Source: Patescibacteria group bacterium (GTDB taxonomy: Bacteria; Patescibacteriota; Minisyncoccia; Phycocordibacterales; CAIRYW01). Taken from it: DNA of 64,000 nucleotides. The first letter of the stretch is position 1. The number at the start of each line of letters is the position of its first letter. Below are positions 8,328-18,663 of this stretch, piece after piece. Below the pieces are notes generated by a model that was not told the DNA's origin, searched no databases, and saw nothing but the letters and a program-made list of their open reading frames with translations. The stretch is from contig JAZKAJ010000005.1 in the NCBI GenBank assembly GCA_040389185.1, positions 19,887-83,886 of the forward strand. Direction: 5' to 3'. A program made the translations under genes and the position numbers.

Positions 8328-9227
8328 TTAATTACTTGTTTTTTGAATGATTCTAAGTTTTGCACTTCGTGCTCGTGGATTTTCTTTAAGCTCTTCTTCT
8401 CCTGCAATTATTGGCTTCTTGTTTATGAGAATTGCTTTTTCTTCACTTACCAATCCCTTTGCCCAATGTTTTACTATTCTGTCTTCAAGGCTATGGAATG
8501 ATATGACTGCGATTCTTCTTCCTACCTTTACCCTTTCGAATGCTTTCTTCAGCCCTTCTTGGAGTGCCCCAAATTCATCATTGACCGCTATTCGGATTGA
8601 CTGGAATGTTTTGGTTGCTGGATGAATCTTTTTGTTTCGAGTGAATCCTGGAACTGCGTTCCAAACAATCTCTCGAAGCTGCACTGTAGTTTTAATTGGT
8701 TCTACCTCTCTCGCTTCGACTATTGCTCGTGCGATTCGTCCCGAGAATTGTTCTTCTCCAAAACCTTTGAGAATGTCTCGCAGCGTTTCTTCTGACCATT
8801 CATTGACCACTGTCTCTGCTGTAACTTCTTTTTCATCAGAATCGTAAGCCATTTGGAGCGGTTCATCCTTTTGGAATGTAAACCCTCTTCCTGACACTTC
8901 GATCTGATCAGAACTCCAGCCAAGGTCGAACATAAAGCCATCCACTTCCTTCATTTTTGCTTTATCCAAGACCTTATCTAGATTCCTAAAGTTTGATTTG
9001 AATATCTGCACTCTGTCTCCAAATTTCGCAAGTCTCACTTTAGCTTTCTTGATTGCATCACTATCCGCATCAATACCGATTACATTAGCTTTCTTATGGT
9101 GTTCCAAAATATATTCACTGTGTCCTCCACTATTTAGTGTGCAATCAACAACAGTGTCACCGCTTTGGATTTCCAAACTTTCTACCATTTCTTTTAAAAG
9201 AACACTTTTGTGAATGTAATCTGCCAT
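8328..9227 (-). CDS. rsmH: 16S rRNA m4C1402 methyltransferase
   Basis: HKSVLLKE, DCTLNSGGHS, DLGWSS, ISFHSLEDR and NPRARSAKLR. Confidence 0.97.
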   Translation of the reverse strand: MADYIHKSVLLKEMVESLEIQSGDTVVDCTLNSGGHSEYILEHHKKANVIGIDADSDAIKKAKVRLAKFGDRVQIFKSNFRNLDKVLDKAKMKEVDGFMFDLGWSSDQIEVSGRGFTFQKDEPLQMAYDSDEKEVTAETVVNEWSEETLRDILKGFGEEQFSGRIARAIVEAREVEPIKTTVQLREIVWNAVPGFTRNKKIHPATKTFQSIRIAVNDEFGALQEGLKKAFERVKVGRRIAVISFHSLEDRIVKHWAKGLVSEEKAILINKKPIIAGEEELKENPRARSAKLRIIQKTSN

Positions 9228-9231
9228 AAAG

Positions 9232-9666
9232 TTAAAACGCCCCTGTCTGACTTAACTTTTCAGCCAATACATCAGCTTCTACAACCACCTTCTCTTTGTA
9301 CTCTGCCCACTTCTTGTCATTCCACATTTCAATTCTCTTGTGAACTCCAATGAATACCCCCTTGTCTTTGATCTTTGCGAATTCTCGAAGATACTCTGGG
9401 ATAAGAACTCGTCCAAGTGAATCTACCTCAAGTTCTACCGCTCCACCAAACATAAATCTGTTGAAGCCTCGAGTATCTGCTCGCAAAGAATCCATCTTCC
9501 CCATCTCGTCTGAAATCTTTTCCCATTCAGTTGTTGGATATAGGAAAAGACATCCTTCGAGACCGTATGTTGCGATAAGCTTCTTACCCACTTCTTTACG
9601 GAATTTTGAAGGAAGAGAAATTCTGTTCTTGTCGTCTATCGTGTGTGTGTATTCGCCTATTAGCAT
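9232..9666 (-). CDS. mraZ: Transcriptional regulator MraZ
   Basis: GEYTHTIDDKNRISLP and DSLGRVLIP repeats. Confidence 0.97.
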   Translation of the reverse strand: MLIGEYTHTIDDKNRISLPSKFRKEVGKKLIATYGLEGCLFLYPTTEWEKISDEMGKMDSLRADTRGFNRFMFGGAVELEVDSLGRVLIPEYLREFAKIKDKGVFIGVHKRIEMWNDKKWAEYKEKVVVEADVLAEKLSQTGAF

Positions 9667-9787
9667 TTGTATTTTTAAGTTTTATGAATTAGTTTTTTTT
9701 CAATTGATGAGTTTCAAAAGACAGGTCGATTTTAAAACATACAAAATTTTAAAAATATCCTTTGAAACTCACACAATTTACTCTATA

Positions 9788-9822
9788 CCACTTCATCCCA
9801 CTTATGTACTACAGTATACCAC
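9788..9822 (-). promoter_or_regulatory. Probable MraZ operator overlapping the dcw promoter
   Basis: GTGG boxes at about 10-nt period (9819, degenerate 9809, 9798, 9788) around TGGTATACT upstream of mraZ. Confidence 0.7.
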
Positions 9823-9908
9823 TTCATAGCAGAATCAATACAAAGTTTTCCACAATTTTCTCCTGAAATATATTCGGATATTGAAGTGGGTAACTGTCAA
9901 GGAAACAA

Positions 9909-9939
9909 AAAAGCACCGCGGCTACGCCGCAGTGCTTTT
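9909..9939. terminator. Intrinsic terminator
   Basis: AAAAGCACCGCGGC-TAC-GCCGCAGTGCTTTT. Confidence 0.7.
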
Positions 9940-9966
9940 CACTTAACAAAACCTACTAGATTTAGA

Positions 9967-10353
9967 TCATTTTTTAAGTCTCTTTAACTCATTTTCTACA
10001 TTTGAACAAAACTCAGCATATGTCATAGCATATATGGATTTTCTTGCACCGTTTGGTTCAGCTACTTCAAGCAGTGAAGTATTATCCCCGGCAGGCAAAA
10101 TTCTACCTATAGTTTTCCCACTTCTTTGTAATGCACCTTTTAAATCTGCATCTCTGACACAGCCTCGAAGTTCTACAGGATCAGTATTCATCAGTAACTG
10201 ATTAAAAACTTGTGATTGAATTCGTTCAAGCTCACTAATCCTATCCGATGATTCGGACAGCACTTCTGTGCCCGCCACTTGAGGTTTCTCATTTCTAATT
10301 GCAATAAACTCTTTATTTGGATCTCCTCCTTGAAAAAAAATGTTTTGTTCCAT
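9967..10353 (-). CDS. Hypothetical protein
   Basis: 128-aa ORF between lysS and a terminator; no recognisable motif. Confidence 0.6.
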   Translation of the reverse strand: MEQNIFFQGGDPNKEFIAIRNEKPQVAGTEVLSESSDRISELERIQSQVFNQLLMNTDPVELRGCVRDADLKGALQRSGKTIGRILPAGDNTSLLEVAEPNGARKSIYAMTYAEFCSNVENELKRLKK

Positions 10354-10390
10354 TTAATTATATTAAATATTAATAAATAAAATAAGGCAC

Positions 10391-11863
10391 CTAATCTGTA
10401 TTTTTTGGCTTCATAAGAGGGAAAAGCTGCGCTTCTCGAATCGGTACATCAAGCAAGAAACTAAAAAGTCGTTCTGAAAGTCCAAATCCAAATGTTGGCG
10501 GCATTCCATGCTCCATTGCTTCCACATACTCAAAGTCAGCCATCTGAGCCTCGTCGTCTCCAGCATCACGAAGCCCTTGCTGTTCCATAAATCTCGCTCG
10601 TTGATCTTGCGGATCATTAAGTTCACTGAATCCTTTGCCCATTTCACTTCCTGCGAGGATCACCTGGAATCTTTCTACTACACGCGAATCTTTTTCAGAT
10701 CTCTTGGCGAGAGGTTCAAGGTATGTTGGTACTCCAACAAGAAATCCGGGTCCCGAAAGAGTCTTTCGAATTGATTTCCAAAGAAGATCAACTCCTCGAG
10801 AAATATTAATCTCTTTTGGATCGAATGCAACTTTAGCCTCTTTGAGTTTTGCAATCAGAGTTTCATTTGTAAGACTCTCATCAAGTGCGTCAATATCAAA
10901 ATGCTTTTTCAAAATCTCACAAAAATCATACATCTCCCATTCTTTCATAAAATCAATTTCATGTCCTCGAATTGAAAACGTTGTTTTCTCAAATACTTCC
11001 GATGCAATTTTTCTATACAATTCCTTAGTCATTTCCATACCAACAGTATAGTCAGCATATGCCATATAGTACTCAAGCTGAGTATAGTCTTGTGCATGTT
11101 CTGGCGATATACCTTCGTTTCTAAAAATTCTTCCAATCTCAAATGTTCGAGGAAGTCCCGCGACCATCAGTCTCTTTTGCCAGAGCTCACCGCAAGAAAT
11201 TCGAAGATACACATCGATGTCGAGTGCATTATGATGTGTAGCAAAAGGTCGAGCATCAGCACCACCTGTGGTATTTTCAAGTACTGGAGTTTCTACCTCT
11301 ATAAAATTTTTCTCCAAAAGATATTCTCGAATGACGTTCCAAAATTTTGATCTTTTTCTGAATCTGTCTGCCAATTCTTCATTCATCAAAATATCCAAAT
11401 ATCTTTTTCGAAGTTTATCTTCTTCATCTGTAAGTCCATGCCATTTTTCTGGAAGTGGAAGGAGTGATTTCGAAAGCATTGTCCAAGAAGATACTTGAAC
11501 TGTCTTCTGTCCTGTTCGAGTAAGAAATACTGGACCTGTAACCTCTACAAAGTCTCCAATGTCCACTGTGTCTCCAAAGAGTGTAAACGCATCGAGATTA
11601 GCATCATCTTTTTTGAAAAGTCCCTGGAATCGTCCTGTACCATCAAAGAGATCAAAGAAAATAAGCGCTCCCTGTCCCCGAAGTGACATTACTCGTCCAG
11701 AAATTGTGATTGGAGTTGCATCAGCCACCAATGTGTCAAAGGCATTTTGAGCCTCAATATTTGTATGAGTTCGCTTTGACTGCGCAGGGTATGGATTAAT
11801 CCCCTTTTCTTTGAGTTTATTTAGTTTGTCTAATCGGACCTGTCGGATTTCGTCTAATGCCAT
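10391..11863 (-). CDS. lysS: Lysyl-tRNA synthetase, class II
   Basis: OB fold, RKRYLD, GGADARPF, FRNEG, FSELNDP and GMPP. Confidence 0.98.
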   Translation of the reverse strand: MALDEIRQVRLDKLNKLKEKGINPYPAQSKRTHTNIEAQNAFDTLVADATPITISGRVMSLRGQGALIFFDLFDGTGRFQGLFKKDDANLDAFTLFGDTVDIGDFVEVTGPVFLTRTGQKTVQVSSWTMLSKSLLPLPEKWHGLTDEEDKLRKRYLDILMNEELADRFRKRSKFWNVIREYLLEKNFIEVETPVLENTTGGADARPFATHHNALDIDVYLRISCGELWQKRLMVAGLPRTFEIGRIFRNEGISPEHAQDYTQLEYYMAYADYTVGMEMTKELYRKIASEVFEKTTFSIRGHEIDFMKEWEMYDFCEILKKHFDIDALDESLTNETLIAKLKEAKVAFDPKEINISRGVDLLWKSIRKTLSGPGFLVGVPTYLEPLAKRSEKDSRVVERFQVILAGSEMGKGFSELNDPQDQRARFMEQQGLRDAGDDEAQMADFEYVEAMEHGMPPTFGFGLSERLFSFLLDVPIREAQLFPLMKPKNTD

Positions 11864-11999
11864 AAGTCTATATAAATATTGATATTATAGTATGTAGTAT
11901 ATAGTATTGAGGATTAAATACAAAATGGACTATTGACTTAATCGTTTATACACGTAGGCTTTAAATCAGCGCACATTCAATTTACCCCCCCACACACAC

Positions 12000-12467
12000 A
12001 TGACGACTCTCAACCCGAATGATGATAAGGCAACTTTGTGTACACAATGGTCTCCAAGTGTTCGCTTCGAGATCCCGCATGAAGGAATTGGCCACGAATA
12101 CAGAGGAAGGCTAACTGAGCTTTTCAAAAGATTCCTCGGACAACTATCGCCCAAAGGATCAAACGTGCATGCGTTAAGGAATCAGAATCCTTCGCCACCT
12201 CATGAATCAGAAGCTCTTGAATGTTTCCACATCGATGAGACATATCATCGTGATGGCTTCATGATTACATGGTACGACGGAAAGCACTCACTAACCGAGC
12301 AAGGCCTCCGCATGCACGACCATCTGCACAAAGGCCAAACAGTTGAACTCATCTACATGGTCGCAGAGAGATTCGAACGATTCCTTCAAGATCAAGAGAT
12401 CAATTATAAAAGGTTTGGTCTTCAAAATGGCTCTGAACAAGAAACGGAGCAAAAGACTCTGTGGTAA
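12000..12467 (+). CDS. Hypothetical protein (ORFan)
   Basis: 155-aa ORF with an upstream TTGACT promoter-like sequence and a terminator at 12475-12509. Confidence 0.65.
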   Translation: MTTLNPNDDKATLCTQWSPSVRFEIPHEGIGHEYRGRLTELFKRFLGQLSPKGSNVHALRNQNPSPPHESEALECFHIDETYHRDGFMITWYDGKHSLTEQGLRMHDHLHKGQTVELIYMVAERFERFLQDQEINYKRFGLQNGSEQETEQKTLW

Positions 12468-12545
12468 AAATTACAAAACGAATTACAGAAATATGTAATT
12501 CGTTTTTTTATTACATTACAAAACAACAGCCGCTTTTGTTTATTT

Positions 12546-13013
12546 TTATTTTACGTCAACTATCTCATAGCTCGCTTTTCCTTTTGGAGTGACGATATCA
12601 AATTTGTCCCCTTTTTTCTTGCCCATTATAGCAATACCGATTGGTGAGTGATTTGAAATCTTACCTTTAAGAATATCTGCTTCTTCAGATCCTACCACCT
12701 GATATGTTTTAGATTCTTTGTCTCCAGATTTTTTTACTACAACAGTAGATCCAATTGTGACCGCTCCTCCATGATGAGCTTGCATAACAACCGCATTCTT
12801 CAAAATATTTTCAAGTTTACTTACTCGCTCTTCTACTTCTGCCTGCATTTCTCGTGCTTCCTGATATTCAGCATTTTCTGCGAGGTCTCCCATAGATTTG
12901 GCATACTCCAAACTATCAGCAACTTCTCGTCGCTTTACTCTTTTAAGATTGTCCAACTCTGCCTCAAGTTCGGCAAGTTTTTCTTTTGTTAAATACTCTT
13001 TTTCGTCTGACAT
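12546..13013 (-). CDS. greA: Transcription elongation factor GreA
   Basis: GDLAENAEY and ISNHSPIG. Confidence 0.97.
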   Translation of the reverse strand: MSDEKEYLTKEKLAELEAELDNLKRVKRREVADSLEYAKSMGDLAENAEYQEAREMQAEVEERVSKLENILKNAVVMQAHHGGAVTIGSTVVVKKSGDKESKTYQVVGSEEADILKGKISNHSPIGIAIMGKKKGDKFDIVTPKGKASYEIVDVK

Positions 13014-13136
13014 AAGGTTTTATGTATTATTGACAATGTTTAAAATGCGTAGCAATTTTAGCATTTTAAAGATAAGAAGTAAAGAAATAAAAAGGACTCC
13101 AACAAATGATTTGCTGAAGATCCTATTGATTCAAGC

Positions 13137-13358
13137 CTACGGGCTATTTTTGGGATTCGATCCCGTGGTGATCGTAATTTTGTGTTTATCGCTGAAGAAC
13201 GGGGGCTTCTTTGCACGAGAATCGCGCAGTGCAGGCAGAGCCTTCTGTGGCCCGACGTAGCCGTCGGAATTACAGATTTGGTTCACAGACGATGAGGAGG
13301 AACGACAGCTCGTGAATGAGAAACTCATGAGCGACAGTAGGACAAGCAGTGTTTTCAT
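13137..13358 (-). CDS. Putative small lipoprotein (ORFan)
   Basis: MKTLLVLLSLMSFSFTSC is a signal peptide with a lipobox-like Cys; TTGACA..TAGTAT upstream. Confidence 0.45.
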   Translation of the reverse strand: MKTLLVLLSLMSFSFTSCRSSSSSVNQICNSDGYVGPQKALPALRDSRAKKPPFFSDKHKITITTGSNPKNSP

Positions 13359-13418
13359 AATGCGGGGACGCCCTGTGGCTAAACCGAATACTACAGTGAA
13401 GATAAAGAATGTCAACAA

Positions 13419-15113
13419 CTACTTCACATACTCCGACTGATTATCTCGGACCGCACTTAAAGTGTCTGACATAGCACGCATGGCACTTACTTTGTATGTT
13501 GTTGGTCCATTTTCAAGCACGAGAGCAAACACATATTTTGGATCTTTGTATGGAAAGAATCCTTCAACCCAAGAATTGACTTTTGCTTTTGCACTTCCTA
13601 GTTCTGCCGTTCCCGTCTTTGCAGCAATTTCAACTCCCGGAATATTGAGTGCAATCGCAGTTTGCTCTGTAACCGCCATCCTCATTCCCTCTTTTACAAT
13701 TTTATAATTCTTGGCATCAATATCTGTCACAGGAGTAGTTTTGCCCTGCTCACCTTTTATAATTGTAGGTTCAACGATTGTTCCCTCTGTTGCGATTCCT
13801 GACATTGCTCGCACCACCTGAAGCGGAGTCACCTGCCAGCCATACTGACCGATCGTGGTGTGATATGTATCTCCTACTCGCCAATCTTCTCCATCAAATG
13901 TATCCTTTTTCCACTGCGGTGTTGGTATTGTCCCTGCCGACGCATCAAAAAATCCATCTGTCGAAACTCCAAATAAGAATTTGGAAATGTATTCATCCAT
14001 CTTTGTAATTCCGAGTCCTTTCTGTCCTTCAAATCCACCTCCAGTAATATAAAAATAAACATCAGATGAGACCGCGATCGCTTTTCGAAGATCCACAGAT
14101 CCTTGATTCTTCCAGTCTTTAAATACCGACGGGTGAGCTGGATCATATGGATTTGGAAGAGAAATAAATCCATGTGTAAGGATTTGCTTCAATGGATCAA
14201 TAATATTTTCCTGCAATATTCCAAGCGCAATAAACGGCTTTACGATAGATCCTGGCGCATAAAGCCCAGAGGTCACTCGATCCAAAAACGGCTGTTTTTT
14301 GCTATTTAAATATTCATTTATTTTTGCCTTATCGCTTCCATCTGTCATGATATTGCTGTCGTAATCAGGATATGACGCAGTCGCCAATATTTCGCCTGTG
14401 TGAGCATCCATGATGACACCAGCACCCCCAGAGAATCCCGAATTCTCAACCGCAGAGGCGATCTGCTTGTACAATTCCGCATTAACATCAGCATCGATCG
14501 ATAGATTTATTTTTTCTCCATTTTGAGGCGGTTCGAGAGTGCTTTGACTTTCCACTGCCCCTTTTACACTCACCTCTGTGAGCTTGGCACCATTAACTCC
14601 CGCAAGTTTATCGTCAAAATATTTTTCAACTCCGTCTTGCCCCAAAATACTAAAACTATAAAAATTACCCTTTGAATCCTGTCCTGGGTATTTTACATAA
14701 CCTAGTAGATGCGAGAGTCCGCTTCCAGTGAGGTATGAACGCTTATCAAATTCATCGCCATCTTTTTCTTCATTCCATGCAATATTTTTATCGTTCCTAT
14801 CTGCAACGATTCCACGGTGTGCAAAGATCACTTCTTTTTGAAGATTGTTATTTGTTGCTTTTGAGACGTAAAAATCACTATTTACCACCTGCAAATTTAA
14901 AGCGCGATAAATAAAAAAAATCGCGATGAGTACAAATAGATACTTAAGACTTCCAAGAGAAAATTTTGAGATCGGCGTTTCAATGCGTCCTTCAAACTGA
15001 TCTCGGTTGAATGATGGGAGATTGGATGAATCAAGAAAAATCTCATCAGGGTTTACTGATTTCTTTGATCTCTTCTGCCTTTTTTTGAATTTGCGAAATA
15101 ATTGATGAAACAT
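13419..15113 (-). CDS. mrdA: Penicillin-binding protein 2
   Basis: RGIVADRN, PGSIVKP, SSDVYFY and KTGTAE; follows mreBC. Confidence 0.9.
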   Translation of the reverse strand: MFHQLFRKFKKRQKRSKKSVNPDEIFLDSSNLPSFNRDQFEGRIETPISKFSLGSLKYLFVLIAIFFIYRALNLQVVNSDFYVSKATNNNLQKEVIFAHRGIVADRNDKNIAWNEEKDGDEFDKRSYLTGSGLSHLLGYVKYPGQDSKGNFYSFSILGQDGVEKYFDDKLAGVNGAKLTEVSVKGAVESQSTLEPPQNGEKINLSIDADVNAELYKQIASAVENSGFSGGAGVIMDAHTGEILATASYPDYDSNIMTDGSDKAKINEYLNSKKQPFLDRVTSGLYAPGSIVKPFIALGILQENIIDPLKQILTHGFISLPNPYDPAHPSVFKDWKNQGSVDLRKAIAVSSDVYFYITGGGFEGQKGLGITKMDEYISKFLFGVSTDGFFDASAGTIPTPQWKKDTFDGEDWRVGDTYHTTIGQYGWQVTPLQVVRAMSGIATEGTIVEPTIIKGEQGKTTPVTDIDAKNYKIVKEGMRMAVTEQTAIALNIPGVEIAAKTGTAELGSAKAKVNSWVEGFFPYKDPKYVFALVLENGPTTYKVSAMRAMSDTLSAVRDNQSEYVK

Positions 15114-15133
15114 TCAGTAGAAATAAGTGGTGA

Positions 15134-15379
15134 TTAGAGTTTAATATACGGCTTAATGAGGAGAATAATACCATACAAAGTTACTGCAGAAATAGTAAAC
15201 AGATTTGTCTCTACAAATGACCCTGGAATACCGTACAAAAGATCAAATAAAAACCCATAAAAAACTATCTCTATGAAGTCAAAGAATAACGACACCACTA
15301 TGGCAACAATAATAGTGCACCAAAATGGAAGAAGGAAAAAACTAAGAAGTACAAGTATATTGGCGAAGATTCTGTACAT
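15134..15379 (-). CDS. Small membrane protein at the mreD position
   Basis: Three hydrophobic segments, GFLFDLLYG motif; lies between mreC and mrdA. Confidence 0.6.
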   Translation of the reverse strand: MYRIFANILVLLSFFLLPFWCTIIVAIVVSLFFDFIEIVFYGFLFDLLYGIPGSFVETNLFTISAVTLYGIILLIKPYIKL

Positions 15380-15380
15380 T

Positions 15381-16169
15381 TTATTTTGAGATAGTTACTT
15401 CAGTAATCTGATTTGGATTAACGGGCAATGTAAAAAGCAACCTCTTGAATCCTTCAGCTTGTTTGTCCTCTATAACTGAAACAACTCCAAACACTTTGCT
15501 TTTGATGGATGGCAAGATGAGCGCATCGCCAACCTTAACCTCAACACCTTGAGGAACCAAGGATTCAAAAAATCCACCACCCAACCCTTTTGTATCTATT
15601 TTTATTTTTGCTCCTGAAAGAGTGCCTCCGAATTCATTTCCTGGAGAAGAAAATAACTCTGCTTTAGAAAAATCAGAACCCGTCTCGACGATCTTACCTA
15701 TAACAAGATTACCGTAATAGACCCTATCTTCTACAATTACACCCTGATCTAATCCCGCATCAAGTATAAAGGTATCAAATGGTGTTTCCCCTGGTTTTGA
15801 TTTTACGATCGCAAGGATTCCTTTGTTGCTTGATTTGGTAGTTGATGCATTATCTTTTCGACCAAGCTCAAATTTAAGACTTTGATTTTCATTATAGAGA
15901 ACTTCTCTGTCAGCATTTAAAGCGGTGAGTTTAAGTAACTCCGCCTGTAGATTCGTATTTTCTGAAAGAAGTTCTGCATCTGTCCGGAAACTACTTGGCA
16001 CCACTACATCAAAAACACTTTTAAACCACGACCCCATTGCAAGAACGGTTTTGGCAATAAATCCACGAGCAAAAAAACCAAGTATGAGACAACAGACCAA
16101 AGCAACAAAAAATTTCCTAAAGGGATGTCTATTTCTTTTTTTAGCGTGTAAAAGGTAACTCATCTTCAT
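15381..16169 (-). CDS. mreC: Rod shape protein MreC
   Basis: TM, coiled coil ENxxLK, LDAGLDQGV and VKVGD; follows mreB. Confidence 0.88.
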   Translation of the reverse strand: MKMSYLLHAKKRNRHPFRKFFVALVCCLILGFFARGFIAKTVLAMGSWFKSVFDVVVPSSFRTDAELLSENTNLQAELLKLTALNADREVLYNENQSLKFELGRKDNASTTKSSNKGILAIVKSKPGETPFDTFILDAGLDQGVIVEDRVYYGNLVIGKIVETGSDFSKAELFSSPGNEFGGTLSGAKIKIDTKGLGGGFFESLVPQGVEVKVGDALILPSIKSKVFGVVSVIEDKQAEGFKRLLFTLPVNPNQITEVTISK

Positions 16170-17205
16170 TTTTAATTAGTGCATCTTGATATGCATCGAT
16201 ATCATTTAGAATTATTCCCGTTCCTCGCACAACAGCCGTGAGAGGATCCTCAGCAACGTGAACCGGGATCTTCAACACCTCTTCAAGAAGCTCTTTCATT
16301 CCGCGAATAAGTGCACCACCGCCGGCGAGATGTAGGCCTCGATGCATAATGTCAGAAATGACTTCTGGCGGCGTAATCTCGATCACTTCCTTGATAGCTT
16401 CAATAAGAGCATTGATAGATCCTGCAATTGCATCTCGTACATCTGATTCAGTAATTACCACCTCTCTTGGCAAGCCCGTAATAAGATCTCGTCCGCGGAC
16501 CGCCATCTCTCCACCAGAATCAGTTTCAAGTACACTTCCAATATTTATTTTGATATCTTCCGCAGTTTTTTCTCCGATAAGAATCTTTAATTCATTTTTT
16601 AAAAACTGTGTGATATCGTTGTTGAGTTTATCACCCGCGATTTTGATATTTCGAGAGTGCACAATTCCACCGAGAGAAATGATTGCGATGTCAGTAGTCC
16701 CTCCACCGATATCCACTATCATATTGCCCACTGGATCATTAATAGGAATTCCGATTCCGATCGCTGCCGCCATTGGCTCTTCTACGATGTGAACTTCTCG
16801 TGCACCAGCATTAACTGTCGCATCTCGAACGGCACGTCTTTCGACATTTGTAATACCTGACGGAACACCAACGACTACTCGAGGACCGAGCATTCTTTTG
16901 TTATCCCCTTCTGCACGATTGATGAGATATGACATCATTTCTTCTGTCACTTCAAAATCAGAGATCACACCATCAACAATTGGTCGAATAGCCACAATGT
17001 GTCCCGGAGTCTTGCCGAGCATGTCCTTCGCCTGACTTCCTACTGCAACGACCTGACCAGTTTTTTGGTTAACTGCCACAACAGATGGTTCACGCACCAC
17101 GATTCCCTTACCCTCTACATAGACGAGCGTGTTTGCAGTACCGAGATCAATCCCGATATCGTTTGAAAACATTGCGTAGAATTTTTGTAGAAATTTAAGT
17201 GCCAT
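16141..17205 (-). CDS. mreB: Actin-like rod shape protein MreB
   Basis: IGIDLGTANT, EPSVVA, EPMAAAIG and DIGGGTT. Confidence 0.97.
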   Translation of the reverse strand: MALKFLQKFYAMFSNDIGIDLGTANTLVYVEGKGIVVREPSVVAVNQKTGQVVAVGSQAKDMLGKTPGHIVAIRPIVDGVISDFEVTEEMMSYLINRAEGDNKRMLGPRVVVGVPSGITNVERRAVRDATVNAGAREVHIVEEPMAAAIGIGIPINDPVGNMIVDIGGGTTDIAIISLGGIVHSRNIKIAGDKLNNDITQFLKNELKILIGEKTAEDIKINIGSVLETDSGGEMAVRGRDLITGLPREVVITESDVRDAIAGSINALIEAIKEVIEITPPEVISDIMHRGLHLAGGGALIRGMKELLEEVLKIPVHVAEDPLTAVVRGTGIILNDIDAYQDALIKNEDELPFTR

Positions 17206-17213
17206 TTATGTAT

Positions 17214-18470
17214 TTATTTTAAGATATTTAATATTTCCTCCTTGCTTCTACCTGTCGTTTCGCTCGTAATTCTGTTTGAATATTCGAGCTGACCTTTTTC
17301 TTCTGTTTTCTTACTTATTACAATCCGATGTGGAATACCGATAAGGTCTGCATCTGCAAACTTTTCTCCCGCTCGAGCATCTCTATCGTCAAACAAGACT
17401 TCAATACCTTTTGAAATTAATTCTTCATAAAGGTCTATTGCTTTTTGCTTTAACATTTCATCTCCTTGAGAAAGTTCTACGAGATGCACCTTAAATGGTG
17501 ATACAGATTCCGGCCAGATCATTCCTTTTTCAGTTGCAAGGACCTCAACAATTGTTCCCATAAGGCGACCGATTCCGATTCCATAGCTTCCCATAAATAC
17601 TGGTTTTGATTCTCCATTCTCGTCAACATATGTGAGACCGAGTGGTTCAGAAAAACGAGTTCCAAGTGTAAAGATATTTCCGACTTCCACAGTTTTCTTT
17701 TCAATCACATTGTCACCCACTTTCAAATCTTTTTTAACCTCATCTGTATACACCTCTTTGTTTATTGCCTCCTTCTTTTCACCACTATCAATATTGTGAT
17801 AAATAACGTCTTCACCAGCATCGGTTTCAGTCTGAAATTCGTGCGAAAACTTGGCAAATACACCCCCAGAAGCAAATGTATAATACGTTTTTTCTCCAAG
17901 ACCCACTTTATTAAATATATTCCAGTATGCTTCTTTTACTTTTTCATAAAACTTCAAATGTTGTTCTTCGTTTCTAGAAAAAGAATAAAGATCTTTCATT
18001 AAAAACTCTCTCCCACGCAAGATTCCAGACTTTGCCCGTGTTTCATTTCTAAATTTTGTTTGAAATTGGTATGCAGACCTTGGGAGATCTTTGTACGATC
18101 GAATGTGGTCTTTCATTATTTCCGTGATTGGTTCTTCATGCGTGAAGCCGAGACCAAGCTCTGTATCATTTTTGAGTTTTGTTTTAAACCAGTTGTCCAC
18201 TACAGCATCATCCCATCGATTAGTTTTTTCCCAAAGTTCTTTTGACTGGAGAGATGCGAGAGAGATTTCCTGACCCCCAATCATATTCATTTCATATCGG
18301 ACAACTTGCTCTATTTTTTTCATTACACGAAGTCCCAATGGTAATACAGAATAAACTCCGGCCATATCTTTATGGACGAATCCGGCACGAATAAGGAGTT
18401 GAGCGTTCTTTGCAACCTCGTCTTTTGGCGCTTCAAAACGCGTTTTGGTGAAAAGATGTGTTTGTTTCAT
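17214..18470 (-). CDS. proS: Prolyl-tRNA synthetase, short form without the editing insertion
   Basis: LLIRAGF, THEE, KFRNExR, REFLMKDLYSF and GSYGIGIGR; start MKQT, the upstream GTG extension lies inside the inserted element. Confidence 0.95.
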   Translation of the reverse strand: MKQTHLFTKTRFEAPKDEVAKNAQLLIRAGFVHKDMAGVYSVLPLGLRVMKKIEQVVRYEMNMIGGQEISLASLQSKELWEKTNRWDDAVVDNWFKTKLKNDTELGLGFTHEEPITEIMKDHIRSYKDLPRSAYQFQTKFRNETRAKSGILRGREFLMKDLYSFSRNEEQHLKFYEKVKEAYWNIFNKVGLGEKTYYTFASGGVFAKFSHEFQTETDAGEDVIYHNIDSGEKKEAINKEVYTDEVKKDLKVGDNVIEKKTVEVGNIFTLGTRFSEPLGLTYVDENGESKPVFMGSYGIGIGRLMGTIVEVLATEKGMIWPESVSPFKVHLVELSQGDEMLKQKAIDLYEELISKGIEVLFDDRDARAGEKFADADLIGIPHRIVISKKTEEKGQLEYSNRITSETTGRSKEEILNILK

Positions 18471-18663
18471 CCCGTTCGAGATAGGAGGCGCTTTTGACAC
18501 GCTTGATATCAGTATTAATTAGTAAAATCGTAATTGCGTATATAAATATTATATTTTCTTTCCTAAGCGCTTCCGTAGTTTATGTATATACAACATGAAT
18601 CATTCCGCGTTTCGAGATAATCACCTTAAGTATGATTACCTAACTAAGCAATCTCGAACGGGA
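18470..18663. mobile_element. MITE-like element, copy 2 (194 bp), in the proS start codon
   Basis: Perfect TIRs TCCCGTTCGAGAT/ATCTCGAACGGGA; identical 4-bp flanks TTCA at 18466-18469 and 18664-18667. Confidence 0.8.

Noticed and set aside
8347-17704. Numerous 60-160-aa antisense or off-frame ORFs over rsmH, mraZ, lysS, mrdA, mreB and proS
   Set aside because: They are shadows of well-supported core genes, with no independent motifs or expression signals.
18471-18500. ProRS N-terminal MSKAPPISNG
   Set aside because: It is encoded by the inserted element's end; the native start is MKQT at 18470.
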